A stretch of 63,999 nucleotides of DNA, the filler included, from Basidioascus undulatus (Eukaryota), in the NCBI GenBank assembly GCA_000826855.1. It is 16 parts of 16 records of this genome, joined end to end, with 100 filler letters (N's around TTAATTAATTAA, not from the genome) between each part and the next. Parts side by side here need not be neighbours in the genome. Positions count along the whole stretch, not along the records: positions 13,679 to 36,977 come from JTLS01000269.1; 15 more parts are not named here. The stretch is one strand, 5' to 3'. The notes under the pieces are model-generated. The model did not search any database, was not told the origin of the DNA, and worked only from the letters and a program-made list of their open reading frames with translations. Shown piece by piece: positions 13,719-27,033 of this stretch. Each line of letters starts with the position of its first letter. Positions within the stretch are counted from its first letter, which is position 1. The translations under genes were made by a program, and so were the position numbers.

Positions 13719-16700
13719 TGCTGGGCTGCTGGGGCGTGGGGTCGTGTGGGGCGGGGGAGGGTATCTGGATCGAGATGGAGGGGAGAGGGGGAGGGACGAG
13801 GAAGAGTGCGGGCCCGGGTCGTCGAGGGCTGGCGGCGACCGTGGGACCGAGAGGCGGTACGCGCGAGCGATAGAGGACGTCGAGCGGGATAGCACTGAAT
13901 GGAAAGTGGAAAAGCGGTAAGGTCAGCTTGTGATCTACAATGAATGGCTGAGGGCGTGCTTCGCCGGCGTCGATCGCAAGGATTCGAAGGGCGTTAACAC
14001 ACGCACGCGACAAGGACCGGAGGGGGAGCTATAGCAGTAGACGCTCACCGCTCGAGGTGCTGATCCGCAAAAGGAAGGCAAGAGCAAGGGGCAGCTGATG
14101 AGCACCCCCACTACAAGCAATAAACGAGCAGGCCACAAGCTTCACCGGGTCACTGCATGGCGGCAGCGCTCCTCGTACGCCGATCATTAAAACCCAATCC
14201 TCTCTCCAGTCGCAGCAGCGGCAGGCAGAAGCAGATGCTCGTAAGGGCCGTGTTAAAGGCATGGCGCCAGGCGAGGCGAGCGAGCGAGCGAGGCCAGAGG
14301 GCCACGAGAGGCGAGACGGTCTTGAACCCTAGTGCGAAGGCGCTGAGCAGCCGTCCAGCGATCTGCTCGACCGCCAACCCTTCCCACCCAGCCATCCCTT
14401 TCATCTCCGCGAGAGAATGAAAGAATGCCATCATCCTGCGTCACGCATCCGCCCAAGAATGGCAAAATGAAAGGAGAAACCAGGCAGAAAGCTGCAACTC
14501 ACGAGATTGAGCTGCTGCTGGACTGCGCACACGAGGGCCGAATGCAGCTAGAACGGAAAGCGGTAGGTCGGGAAAATTGAGGGAATGTCGTCAACGGTGT
14601 GTCGTTTTGCGTCGTCGTCGTCGTCGGCTGGGCGGAGAGGAGGAAGAGGAGCGCGGCGTGGAGGGAGAGAGATGAGGAGGACGAGGGAGAGGTGGGAGGA
14701 GGTGGTGGTGCAAGAAGAAGACGGGGTTGGAAGTCGAAGGTGAAGCACGGGCGCGCGCGGCAAGGGGGAAGCCGGTGGGACGACTAGAAGCAGAGGAGGA
14801 CAAGGACAACAGCAGATGAGATGAAGCTGCTTGGAGAGGGGGTACGAGTCGGATGTATTGTGACTGAATACAAAGGGAGCAAAGGGCAGGCGATCTCCCA
14901 GATGTCAGTGATCTGGAAAAGGAAGCGCGGGGGAGGATGTGCGGTGCCGCGAGGAGCTGCGTTCTCTCTGCAGCAATTAGCAGCGGGCGCAGACGATCTC
15001 CAGCACAGAAATTACGAGCCTGTGCCGTCTTAGCCAGCATGCCCTGCCGTAACACGAGCCTCCTGGAAGTTCGATCCGAACCTGAATGGGCCCGAAGGGA
15101 CGGGAACCCCGCCCACCCGCGGCGGCAACTGCCGTAGCATCTGCACCAACAGCGAAGACAGGCCCGGAGCCACAGACGGGGCAGCCAGGGCAGGCCCCGG
15201 CAGACGTGAAGTGGAACGAGGGTCAACGCCGGGACCGACGGCGCATCAATTGCCCGCAGTTCCTGTACAGTAGCACCGTGCGTGACGCGTGTGAAGGGCC
15301 CAAGGACGAGCGCAAATATTGAAAGGGAACCATCGTAACATGGCCCGCACCGCAGGAAGTGCGTAAAATTAATGACCGCGAAAGCGCTGCTCCCCTTGAG
15401 CATTCAAAGCCCTTCAGGCCATCGCAGCGTCATCTTGCATATGGAGTGCAGTCGCTGCAGATGGCGCGCTGCGGCGCCCAGGATGTCGATCATCCAGACA
15501 AGAAGCCGATGATCGTCATCGACCCATGCAACAATGTCAACCGCGACACGCGTGCTGGCAGCGAGGACGGCAGCGAAGGACAGCCCCGAAATACGGGGAC
15601 AAGTAAGTGATCGGCAACACAAGCCTCGCCACGCGAGCGCCACCACCGCCCAGCGCCGCCAGCTCCCACCCGACCTGCCGGGGTCATCCTGGACTGCAAC
15701 TCTCCTCGTCCTCGTCCTCGACCTCCAAGAGCAGCCGGCGAGCCCGGGGGCGCGGTGCAGAGGAATGCGCGCCCAGCTCCGTGAGAGCCGGCAGACCGCC
15801 ATCCTTGAGACTGGGAACCCACCTAACCAAGCCCCTCTCTCCAGCACAGCACTATCTGCGCGAGCCAGCTCCACTCGTGACACTAATAGGCGAGTATAGG
15901 ATTCGACTCACTACAAGGACTATTAGCTGCTCCTTCAGCAAGGGGCAAGGGCTCGTATGGCGGAGCTGTTGGAGGGAAGGGTATCGGACCTGTTTCGAGA
16001 GGCTCGACGTCAGCATCGGTGTCTGGATATGCATCGGCCCGGTATGGCTTGGCTGAATGCAAAGAATGGTGGTTCAGAGTGCGCACCGCCGAGCTGGTAG
16101 ACGGTCAGAATGCTGGAGTTGCGGGTATGGTGTGTACGGGTCGTACACTGTCGACAGATATACGGTGTAGAGTGATCTTCACGGTGTACGGGGGTGTTTA
16201 AGTGGACCGGGAACGAGTACGAGCGCTTGAAAGAGGGTGAGAGCAAGCGAATGTGAGTACAAGAAGCAAATGACGAAACGATAGGCCCGATTGGGTGTCG
16301 AACACCAGCTTAATTCAGAAGCCGCGATATGGCGGGAGCGTACGAGGATCGTCGTGGGGTACAAAACTCCTCCTGGGCAGGGAGGACGAGCGAGCGAGCG
16401 ACGCGATGAAGCGCCTCGAGAGCCGGTCGCTGTCAGTCGGAGTCTGCTGGGGGTACGTACGTGCCGCTACGTGACGAGCAGCAGAGAGAGCGGCAGACGG
16501 AAAGCGTAGAATTTACATCGTACTACCGCCGGAATTGGCCGGGGAACCACTTTGGTTTTGCAGCAGTGTGATGAATCGGGCAAAGACGAGCGGGATGATG
16601 ATGGCCGCGCGCGGATGAGGACACTGCGAGCTGCGTGCCGTCGACGGTCCGCCTTGCCCCGTGTCCATTGTCCGCGAAACGAGGGCCCTTAGCTGGAGGG

Positions 16701-19326
16701 ATCTGCACCGAGATTAATTTTCGAGTAATCTCAAGCTGTACGGGAGTCCGATGCAATTGATGCAAGCTTAGCAGAACGAGCAAGTCCACAACGCTCAGCA
16801 GTCCGCGCAGCGCTATCCTGCAAGGCCTGCAACAACCTACAATTCGTAACATGTCCACGCCTCTCCCTGGACCCCTGAAGTGTTCCACTCGCCCGGATAG
16901 ATTCTCTTTAAATCAAACCACACGTCCCCGGCCCGCCACCCGGCCTCGCCGTGTCTCCCGCGCTCCAGTCGCTCACCGGCCGACAATCATCCAAGCCATC
17001 AATGATACGTATGATGGCGTTATCGCCTTGTCTATCAGGCCCTTCGGTCTTTTGCGTGCTCCCCCAAGAAAAGTGATCTGCAGTGCGGACATCATCCGTT
17101 GTGACACAGCCCAGCCATCCTTGTGAACTTTGCTCTCCGCAGATCTGAAGGACACATGTTTTTGAACTCTAAATTTAATCATTAGACGTCCAATCTCGCA
17201 GCGGGGATATACATTTTACGTTGCTTCCAGCAACGTGTTGAGCTGAAACGGCGGGGCTCGCTGTCATGTCTTACAATTGTTCTCGTAGTCCATCTTCGAC
17301 CTTCTATCTCAAGTGTTTCCTCGGTCCCGCGGCCGTAGACCCAGAAATTTTACCGAAGCCCGTGATGCTCAAATATTTTCGATGCTGCTGGCTCTTCAGG
17401 CAGAGAGTCCCTCTACGTCTTTCTTTTTTTTTTGTGTCAACGCAGTCACGATCATGGTTTGAGGAAGTAGGAGAACTCGGGGTTAGGGTGGTTTCTACTT
17501 CCTATGTATTTAACCATATTTCCACTCCACACGAAGGAGGGCGAAGCTACATCATAGCCAGAAGAGAAGTACTGGGAGGACCGCCCTGCTTTGGGCTCCT
17601 CATTCATGGCGAGACGTCGCGGCTGTTGCGCAGCTGTTGCAATCCATTGTGATTGCCCTGGATTCTCTTTACTTTGTATTGTTCCATTATCAAGCTTCTT
17701 CGGGGTGAACATCCTCGCTCGAGTTCGCTCAGCACAGATCAGGTAGAGAGAATGGCAAGCTGTGCCACGTACGCCGACAAGCCTCGATGAACATCGGACT
17801 GGCAAAGTGCTGTAACTGTAGATGTCCAAAGTCTTTGAAGATATCCTCGGATAGTTTGGACATCATAAGGGACTCTGGTGTCCGAAAGTCATTCTGTGAT
17901 GCAAAACAAGCAACATGGCTTTTTTTGTTGTCTAGTTTTCGACCAATAGAAATATTCCAAACTCGAGAGCATGCACCCAATTCACCTGTAGCCTTTGAAG
18001 GAGTTTTTCAAAAGCCAAGAAGGAAGGATGACGGGTATGGCTGGAACACAGCAATCCCTCCCGCTGCCTCATGAAGCTGAAGGGCCGCAGCCAGAACATG
18101 CGAGCACACAAGGCCCCACTGTCGCATGCTTTGGTCTTTCTAGTACAGACAATCAACGCAGTGGGCAAGAGTTTAAGAAACTGATGTCCCTTTGGGCCCC
18201 ACCGAAGGAACTTTCACGGAAATGACCGCAATGCACCCGTTGCTTGTCCATCGTTGCATGTCCATTAGAACTCGGAAGGTGCTTGAGGACAGATTCTCAG
18301 CTGTGACAAACTTGTTTAACTTAACTACGGGTCCAAGTTTAAGAGGCCACGACAGCATCACAGTCTGAACATTTTACCTCCGTCCGCACACCAGCACCCC
18401 TCGGCTTCATCACTTCCCGTTGGCCCTTCACTTCCTCCACACGCCAGAAAGCCGGGGATATCTCTATGAGCCAGGCACATCCGATAACTAAGCGGATGTT
18501 GATAACGCCCTCATCTTTTCAGTCGGCCTCCAGCTCTCCACGCTCTCCAGCGGTGCTCCTCCTTCCAACCTCCACCACCCCCGACGGGACAGGTAGAAAG
18601 TTGCCGTTGCCTTCTTCGCTCTCATCACACTTCCTCTCTCCATCACCAGAGCCGGAGTTCAAATTTTCGTCTTCCGTCGTCCAAGCGGCCATGCCCCCAG
18701 CTGACGTCAACTCAGCTCTCTCGGGGAAGGTGACGACGTTGAGGTTGAGGACGAGCACGGACGGGCGGAGCGCTGAAATCCCGCACTCTTTCGCTGGATG
18801 GTGCAACGTTTGGCTACGGGTGCCTCCCGTCGACCCAGAAAGGCCAGCGCGGCCGTGCTTGTGTTCGGGACGCGCGGGCCGCTCTGAGGGCATCAGTGAT
18901 TTCCGAGTCTCTGGAACCGGCCGAGGGAAGACCAGGGAGATTGGAAGGTTCAGCGACGGAGGCAGATTTGCGAGGATAGGTCAGCGTGGTGGGCGGGTAC
19001 GGCGCGCTGGTCACGCTATATAAGAGCGCACAGCACTGAAGCAAATAAGCGCAATGAAGTACGGGTGTGGTTGAGCCTCACGAGCAACCCATGAACCACG
19101 GATGTGATGGAGCTCGACGGGCCCGGGTACCTATTGAGAGGCATCGTACAGTCAGGCCGACGAAGACGGACAGAATCTGCCTGAGCGATGATAGCTGCTC
19201 TGGTGTGCCGCTGCCAAGACATGAAAATAAGGCGTGAAATCAGCCCTCTAATCAGAGTTTTCGCCTGGTCTACCCACAGCGATTCCGCCCGGCGTCCTAT
19301 GCAACCACTCCGTATACCCCCAGCGC

Positions 19327-20450
19327 TACAGGGTGTCTAACATGGTCAGCGCTCCTTTTTCAACTAAAGGCGTCAATTCAGTAGCTTCCAGGGGCGGGAC
19401 CTATCTTTGAGGTGTTTTTGCAAATGCCAGCTGCAGGCAAGGGCTCCTGGCTGAGCGGTGCGGCGCACCGTTAAGCGCTCTTGAGGCCTTCCCGACCCTA
19501 TGCTCGGGCCAGCATATGTGTTTGAAATACCTCGCAAGCTCTGACTGCCCTTCAGCGGTCAAGGTGGGGCTATGATTGCATGTGTTCCGACCCTACCAGT
19601 AGGCCTTTCTCTCCAGACAGCCTCAACCTCAAATTGAATGATTCAAGAAACTTTGCCTCGGGCACCTCGCTGTTCACTCGCTCTATGCTTTCTGTGACAG
19701 CTTGTTCAGAGACTCCCATGCATTTCTCGCTCGAATTTTGTATACATCTGTGACAGCGTAAAACACGCAAATTCCGGATACATGTGGCTCTTCCAGCTGT
19801 TTCTTGCTCTCCTGCTGAGCAATCGGCCGGAGGGCCCTTGCGCAGTTCGATCTTGCTCTCAAGGCAATCAATACTCCCGATGCGCCATTCACCCGATCGA
19901 GAACGTTCCAAGCCTGGTAATTATGTGCTATGACTTCCACGAGGAAGGTTTGTAGAGGAGACGGGTTCTCTGAAAGGGTGGACGCTGGCTTCGCACACTT
20001 CCTCGTCAGATGTACAGGGTCGGGCCTCAGTGAGTTACTCAAGCTCCGTGGAACACTAGTCCATAGAAAAACATGGCAGTTATGGGGCTATCGTTGGATA
20101 TGGTTGGACCTTGCAGTGGATGAAAGCCGCTATGGAAGACTGGGCCAGACTTGCTATATACAACACGTAATTTCGCGAACGTGCTCATGAGCGACAGTGC
20201 CTCAGACTACCACGCAGCCTACGATCGCGGAATTTGAAAAACAGAAAGCCAAGGGGATCTTGTGTCCCGTAGCGGTAAAAAGCGCCTGGTGTCCAGGTAG
20301 CCACATGGACCTTCTTCACAGACTCTTTCAATCGAAACGGAAGACGTGGCAGAGGGAGCAGGTTCAGCTTCTCCGGAAGACGGATTCGGTTCTCATAAAC
20401 CCCCACCAGCCCACTATCAAAGCCAAGGCGGACTTATCTTATTGATGGCG
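19327..20450 (-). mobile_element. Degenerate mariner/Tc1-like transposon relic
   Basis: TA|CAGGGTGTC terminus at 19327. Frameshifted AAT-TACCAGGCTTGGAACGTTCTCGATCGGGT near 19890-19925 resembles the mariner NSPDLNVLDLG motif, followed by RNAWESL and ESFNLRLRLSGEKG. The partner TIR was not found. Confidence 0.4.
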
Positions 20451-20599
20451 TTACCATAGCATTCGATGCTTGATGGTGCTATTGGATGTGACTGGGATTC
20501 TCAGTGATGTGCACGTTCCCGGAGCTTGCCGATTTGTATGTAATGCGTAGATCAGCGTGGCAATGCCGCACGTGCTGCGCTAATGGATACGACCCTTCC

Positions 20600-23500
20600 C
20601 ACGAGGGCCATTTTACAGCCCCTGATGATTTTAAAATTTATAAGGGCCCTGCTTGCTGAACGAACGCTCACGCTCGAGCGCCGATCAATATCAAGTTCAT
20701 CGTTGACGGCACTGGCGTATGGAATGGCTAACCGGCAGGGTCAGTTCGCGCCCCTCGCAGAGCCATGACGGGGAGAGAGTTTTGCTAGATTTCCTCAGGG
20801 TCCGGCACACGACCGACAAATCAAGTCGAACAGACTTTCGATCTGCACTTATCGTTTTCTATGAGGTCATTACGGGGAGACTGTGAGGATCGGAAATGCT
20901 TGAGTGATGATACCCTCCAAGCTCGGGCAAGCACGCGGGCCCGCTGTGCGAGTAACTAGTTGAGGTCTTCCGCGGAGCGCATACATGAGAATGATACTCA
21001 CCACACTTTTCAAACGCACCTGTACTTTGACTTGGCGCAGTACTCCACAGTAGGCTCGGTGCAGGAAGCTAGTGAGTAAAACATGATGGACTGTTCCCAC
21101 CGGAACTGCTGCTTCTTTCCGTATGTCATCACATCACGTACTAGCCCAACAGGGATCTACTGTGATTTGGCTTCAAATAGGGAGGTGTTCCAACAAAAGA
21201 CTGCCCGGGCCCAATGCGTGTGTACATTTGCTTTTGGAACAGGATGTCTGCAAGACTACTGCTGTCGACCTATAAATCTTCACTGCAATCACGGTATGAA
21301 AGTAGCCCTTTGGCCGTACGCTAAGTCACAAAAATCTAGAAAGCACTTCATAACGGGAATCCGGCCCAGCCATAATGATCGTCGTTGCACATAGCACGGA
21401 TCCGAGCCCGCTTGCTGATCTTTCAATGCGAGTGCGGACTCTTCGAAACTTAAGAACATATTGCCTAGAATATCCCCCTCCCTCCCTCCAAAAACATAGT
21501 GGTTATGAATTTTACCGTTGGGACCGACAGTGAGCATGCAAAAGTGGAGGAGCTGCGATGCCAGCATCAGCTGGACGTCAATCAGATGAGCCCGGACATT
21601 TGGAAGCAAAGGGATGGTGCCGTGCCGGACAGGGAGCATAATGCATACCTGTTGTTTCCCACTTGCCTGGATTGGACGCCGTACTGCTTAGGCAATCACT
21701 CTTCACCTCACCCGGCTTCCACGCGCCTGACTTCCACCTCGAAAGAGACTGTACAGCGTAAGCCACTACATAATTTTCTCATGGTTGACGGAGCATTTTT
21801 GGTGCTTGAAATCATTGCAAAAGGGTGTTAGATGAGGCGCAAGAGGGGCTGAATGAGCGGACAAAGGCAACCACGTCGCAGTGGAGCTTTCTTTCATCGG
21901 TGCCGTAGTCCATGACGCACGACTCACGAAATATGAAATCTTTACCCTGACTGTTTGTTATAATCACCAGCCCGTTCCGAAATACCACTCGTCAGGGCGG
22001 TCACATTTGGGTCGAGGCCCGAAGGAAGAAAGGGTCTCCGTTGAATCTACCTGCTGTTTGAGGAGCCGGAATCGAACTCCACTGATGTAAAGGCAACTTA
22101 CATATGCAGCGTATGTGAAAGGGTATCAGCCGGATTGGGCACGGCCTTCCAATATTTCACTGTTCCGAAATGGTTACCGCGGTGCCAGGCCGACTTAGAG
22201 TTCGGAAAGGCCACAGCCGGGCGTCTATACACCGCTCGAACCACTCGCGAAATTTGAATTCAAACAGCACGGTATCTCGGTACCCACTAAGATCCAACAC
22301 CCTAACCACGGACAAGGCGCTCTCTGTTGGCATAAGCCGCTTCTTCTTCCTGCCCTGCAGGGCGGACGCATTGAACTGCCGCCTCGGAATGTTGGACAGC
22401 AACTTTGGCTTGACCTTCCCATTTTCATCAGGAATTCGTAGATAAAATTCCAATTTATTACAGCGGTGGTGACTATCCAATGCAGCGCGTCCGCGGTGTG
22501 AGCGGAGAAGCCCGAGCCCAAAACGCAGGCGACGCGGAGCGTCCGGATTCTTTGCTTCTTTGCCTCTCAACATATCAGCACCACCTCAACCCATTGTGCC
22601 TTTCCCGCCCACCTGTCCACAGAGCTAAAAGTATCTAAATTTCTCTACAGCTGAAAACATGCTCACTCTCCTCTCACTCCCGCCTCCCCGGGGTCCTTGA
22701 GACGGAGGAGGACGTGCCTGTCAAGGCGGTGGCGGTGAAGCTGAGCAAGGACTACGCGGAGGGAGGACCGGACTGTACGCCGTGCCGAGAGATGCGGATG
22801 CGTGAGTCCGTGTAATTCCTCCAAATAGTCAAACTTGGTTGTTTTCGATCAGGCATGACGGATAGCCGCCTCGTTCCGGCATGCTCGCGTTCTCTCACCC
22901 TCCAAAGTCGGCAAAGCCGCGCGCCACCTTGATCTGCATCCAATTCTCGAACCCGGAAGCTTGTTCTTTGGTGTCGGAAGACGCCCTCATATTTATCATG
23001 ACTTGTCTGAGAGCGGCGATGAGGGAGACGAGGCGGACGAGGACCGCGAGGTACAGCTCTCGCCGCTTACGGAGCATGCACGCCTACAGTGCCGGACACC
23101 AAATGTCAATGAGGTCTCGGTCTCACGTCTCGCTTGAAGTTTGAGAATTCCAGACACATATTATTGCTTGTTGGCATCTGGAAAGCCCAAAAACGAGGTC
23201 CCGTCTTGCTAGCTCAAATTTTGGAGTGCGGCCAAATTTTCGATCTAGATCCGACTCTTCGGGGGTCAGCAGGCGGTTCCCCCCTGACGCTATCGCGGGC
23301 GGCTCATGTGGATGCATGCTCGCGGCGGCGCTGGGGTTTGCAGATAAAAGATAACAGCATAACATAAAGGTAAGAACGGGGCAGTGGTCGCGTTCGTCTT
23401 TCTTTTTTGCCAACGACATCAGCTCGTCGGCGCAAACCCGCTTGGTGCCAATATTTTTTGAGGCTCTGTTCATTGCACAGACGAACAAATGTTAGCTTGA

Positions 23501-24005
23501 CCGAAACATGTATACAAAGATCATCGAGTTCAAAGCAGATTCTATGCAGAGCATGCCCTGCACTGAGCATTTGCGAATGTTGGCCAGAGGCACGCATAGC
23601 TTAGCATCCGCTTTCTTGTTCTTCTTCTTGGCCCTCCGAGTCCTCTCAACCTGCGCCTCCAGATCCGAATTGTCGGAAAAATGTGATGGACGGCATCTCA
23701 AACGCGAGGTCCAAATTGTTCAAATTGTTGTTGATACCGTCCTGGTTGGTGTCGGACGATGAGATATGAGGAGGAGGATCTTTCTTGAGGGGTTTCTGAG
23801 ATCAAAAATTTGATTTGGGTGGTTGACCACGGTTTTTAGTTTGCATGGTGAGATGGAAGGGCAAAGTGAACTGAGCGTCTTCAACATTTTTCACGCACTC
23901 GCACAATTTTTTACAACTCATTAAAATTGAATGTTGTGCAGCCAAATTTTGGCGGTCACCATTTAAAAAAAAACAGCTTATTGGTTTATAGGGCTTTGAG
24001 GGCCA
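20600..24005 (-). mobile_element. Possible heavily decayed IS630/Tc1-type DNA transposon
   Basis: AT-rich end segments at about 20600-20650 and 23800-24005. Broken peptides such as HWARAVFCWNTSLFEAKSQ and HHVLLTSFLH/EPTVEYCAKSKYRC faintly echo the fungal transposase C-terminus. No clean TIR or TSD. Confidence 0.25.
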
Positions 24006-24103
24006 CACTTTCAATATCATTCTCGCCAGGAAAACAATGGTATTGATGAGGCAGTGAGTGAACAAAAAAGAGGTCAGGACAAGGGGCAGAACCTGGTTGA
24101 CCT

Positions 24104-24248
24104 TTGGTGTCCCGCACTGTAGCTTGCGCATTCGCGACGCATCCCTCCTGCATCGAAGCTCAATTTGCACCTCGAAGTGGGTTGCAGAGTTACAGGATCC
24201 CCGTTGAGAACGAAAACGGTGTGACGGTGACGGACGTGGTGAAGGCCT
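24104..24248 (+). pseudogene. Isolated exon of an F-box-associated family gene
   Basis: ACAFATHPSCIEAQF...RIPVENENGVTVTDVVKA followed by a GTGAGC donor. Parallels the C-terminal motif of the F-box pseudogene at 25815-26532. Confidence 0.45.
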
Positions 24249-25814
24249 GTGAGCATTCCTCTGCAATTCCACTCTCGTCAGCGCACCGCTTACGGAGTGA
24301 TTTGCTCACGTTATGTGCCTCGATGTACCCGGTCCTCACACGAGCCTCGGTGAAAAGCTTTTCCTGTGCAGTTGAGTTCTCTGAGACCGTCTGATCATGA
24401 GACGCCGAGCTGAAAGAATTTCCATGACAGGGAGTTTGATGGCTTCTACACCCGGCGAGACAGATCGATCAGGATTATCTGGAAGAGGATATAGATTGGG
24501 ATCTTTTGAAGCGCGATTGGATGAATAAAGCACACTGGACGGAGGGGCAATGACAACGAGCATAGCCAGACGTGCAGCGATGGCATCTTTGCGCGGCTTG
24601 GGAATTCAATGATTCCCCTGGCAGGGCCTTCAGATAGTGTACTGTTTTGTTCTTCAGCTTTTTAATGGGCCCATACCATTCCAATTAACCGCGCTGTTAG
24701 CCCACAACTTGGCCACAAAAGCACATGCCCGTTGCGGTTTTCGAAGGATTGTGGCTAGTTGAGCTGAGGGGCTTCTGCCCCATAATGCCAAGTGCCGTGG
24801 TCCTCAGCACATGGGCGCTTAGAGAAGTACGCCCTGCGGATGCGCATGGTTCAGAGGGATCAGTCTTCGGAAGTGATGCCTGCCCTTCCACCGCGTCATA
24901 AGTGCAATTATTCCCATCCGGAAAATGATCTTAAACTATCAGCCCATTTGAATACCTCTCCAATCGTCCAAACTTGGACAAGAGTCTATGTGCGTTCGAG
25001 AAACGTTCAATAACGAGTCGTCCATTCGCAGGTCGAAATTTCCCCAGGAGAAAAATGCTCAGTGCGCCGATGGCAACCGTGTAGGGGCTCGGAATCCCGA
25101 AACTCGCCATGTCAAAGATTGTTCTAAAGAGACATGGTCCTGAAGGTCAGCTTTTCATCTTCTCCCTATCAGAGCCCATCTTATGCCCTTCGAAACGTAC
25201 ACCACTGAGACCTGGGACGACCGGCCCTCTGTTACGCCACCAACCGCTACGACTGTGGACTTCCATAGGAATCAACTGCGATCTGGGGCTCTTTGAGATT
25301 GATACTTGGCTATCAGTTTACGGCCCTGGAAGGCGCCAGACTTGCTCTCATGCGCTCACATCACTTGCTACGGGAACCGAGGCCGTTTACTGAGATGAGC
25401 TAAAACTGAGACGGATGCAGTGGCACGGAAGCGCTAGCAGCGAGGAGTTACAAAGCTGATGCATGATGAGTAAGCGAAACAAGCACAGGCCACTTAGAGT
25501 CAAGAGCGTCCAACAGTCATCACATAGCCCAGTCAACATGCAATGTAGTCAAGCGCCGGCCCAAGGGTGCTATCCTCGATATATCTGAGGAAATGGAATA
25601 GGTGAGGTCACAATCAAACAGTCAGCTGAATTAGCGGAGCGCTCACGCGTTCTCAGATGCGAGGCTACGAAGGCCAGCCCGTGGCAGTCGAGAGGTACGA
25701 GATTCTGTGTGCCAAATATCCCGCTCGGCTGAGCTGAGAGGTGCCTTAAGCCTGTTGACGGTCACATGAACAAAGTTATGTCTGGATCTCGGCGGCGAGA
25801 AGCCTAGTACGCAC

Positions 25815-26532
25815 AGTTGCTGTAGCCCCGAACAAATGTCGAGTACCGTTACACCGGTGGAGTTTGAGATAGTGAATCTCCAGGAGGAGTACCAGCTATA
25901 TCTCTACCACTGGTGGCTCTGTAGCGAAGGCAGCGGCGAGCGGAACGTGATTGAGCAGGGGCGCGATAGTTGGACTATCGTCGTGATACCCGCCGCACTC
26001 GGAGCAGAAGCAGAATATGAAGCAACTGAGCCCGTCAGAAGACAGATGATCATTATCCAGGTGAATACGCAGCTCGTCTAGGTCGATGACGGAATGCGGC
26101 TTGAGCGTGAGTTGCTCGCGCTCGACGCGCTCGGCTGAGAACGGAGGCGACTGGGAAGGGTCGTGTACTGACAACCAGTCTTCAATAAGATGTATGTTTG
26201 GGCCACTTGAATCCGCACCATGAGGAGACTCACCGGAGGAGCGCTGGCTGCAAAGCTCGCAGTGGCGCCTACCCGCGACACTCGCACGTTTGACTGTCAA
26301 GCGTTGCCACCGTCGCGCGCACCGCCGTAGAGCCTTCGACACCATCGGCCGAATACAAGCGGAGCGCCGCATCCCAAATCATTGAGGCGAGCGGTCAAGA
26401 ATTTCTCATCGCAAAGTTCCCTCACTGGAGGCACGTCTGGGAGAAGGCGGTGCAACTCGCGAGCGTGGGGAGGGCGTTGCGGATGAGCGCGAGAATCTCC
26501 GTCGGGAGAGAAAGCAGGTTCAGGGCGGTCAT
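25815..26532 (-). pseudogene. F-box protein pseudogene
   Basis: MTALNLLSLPTEILALIRNALPTLASCTAFSQTC (F-box), then a stop/frameshift. Later AAAFATEPPVVEI* and frameshifted FTISNSTGVTVLDI. GT-AG introns are retained. Confidence 0.65.
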
Positions 26533-27033
26533 GATCAAGAAAATATCGAGCGCGGAGTTCGAAAGAGGTCGAGGAGCTTTATGGTAGATGTGAGCGTGAA
26601 CCAGGTCAGTCGGATGATTAAATCGTTCAAGGAGCAGATGACGGTAGAAGGCAAGCCGCCGCCGCCGCCTGCGCGCGACAAGATCGCCGGACGGGCACCC
26701 CGGACTCCGTCGATGTAGACCTGGTGCTGGGGAAATTATGGCCCCGAGAAAGTTCGTTCAGAAGCACAGCTTGGACCGTCAGCAGAGCCGGCTATGCTTT
26801 CGAAGCTCTGGATGCGAGTTCGTCTTCTTCGTTCCTCCCTCTACAGTGCGTACAGAAATAAAATCGCTGGCTTGAGGGTCTGTCAGCTGATTTACATTTG
26901 TTTTGACAAGAGTATTTCAAGTAGGTTTCAAGTTCGCAGTTGCGGTCGCACTTGAACAGACCAGTTGTTTGCCGCATACGCACAGCTGCCGTCACAAAAA
27001 GCCCGGCATAACTCAGCACTCCGCTTCAACACC

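Noticed and set aside
20600..24010. Candidate TIR pair at about 20605 and about 24000
   Set aside because: Only patchy complementarity, too weak to call TIRs.
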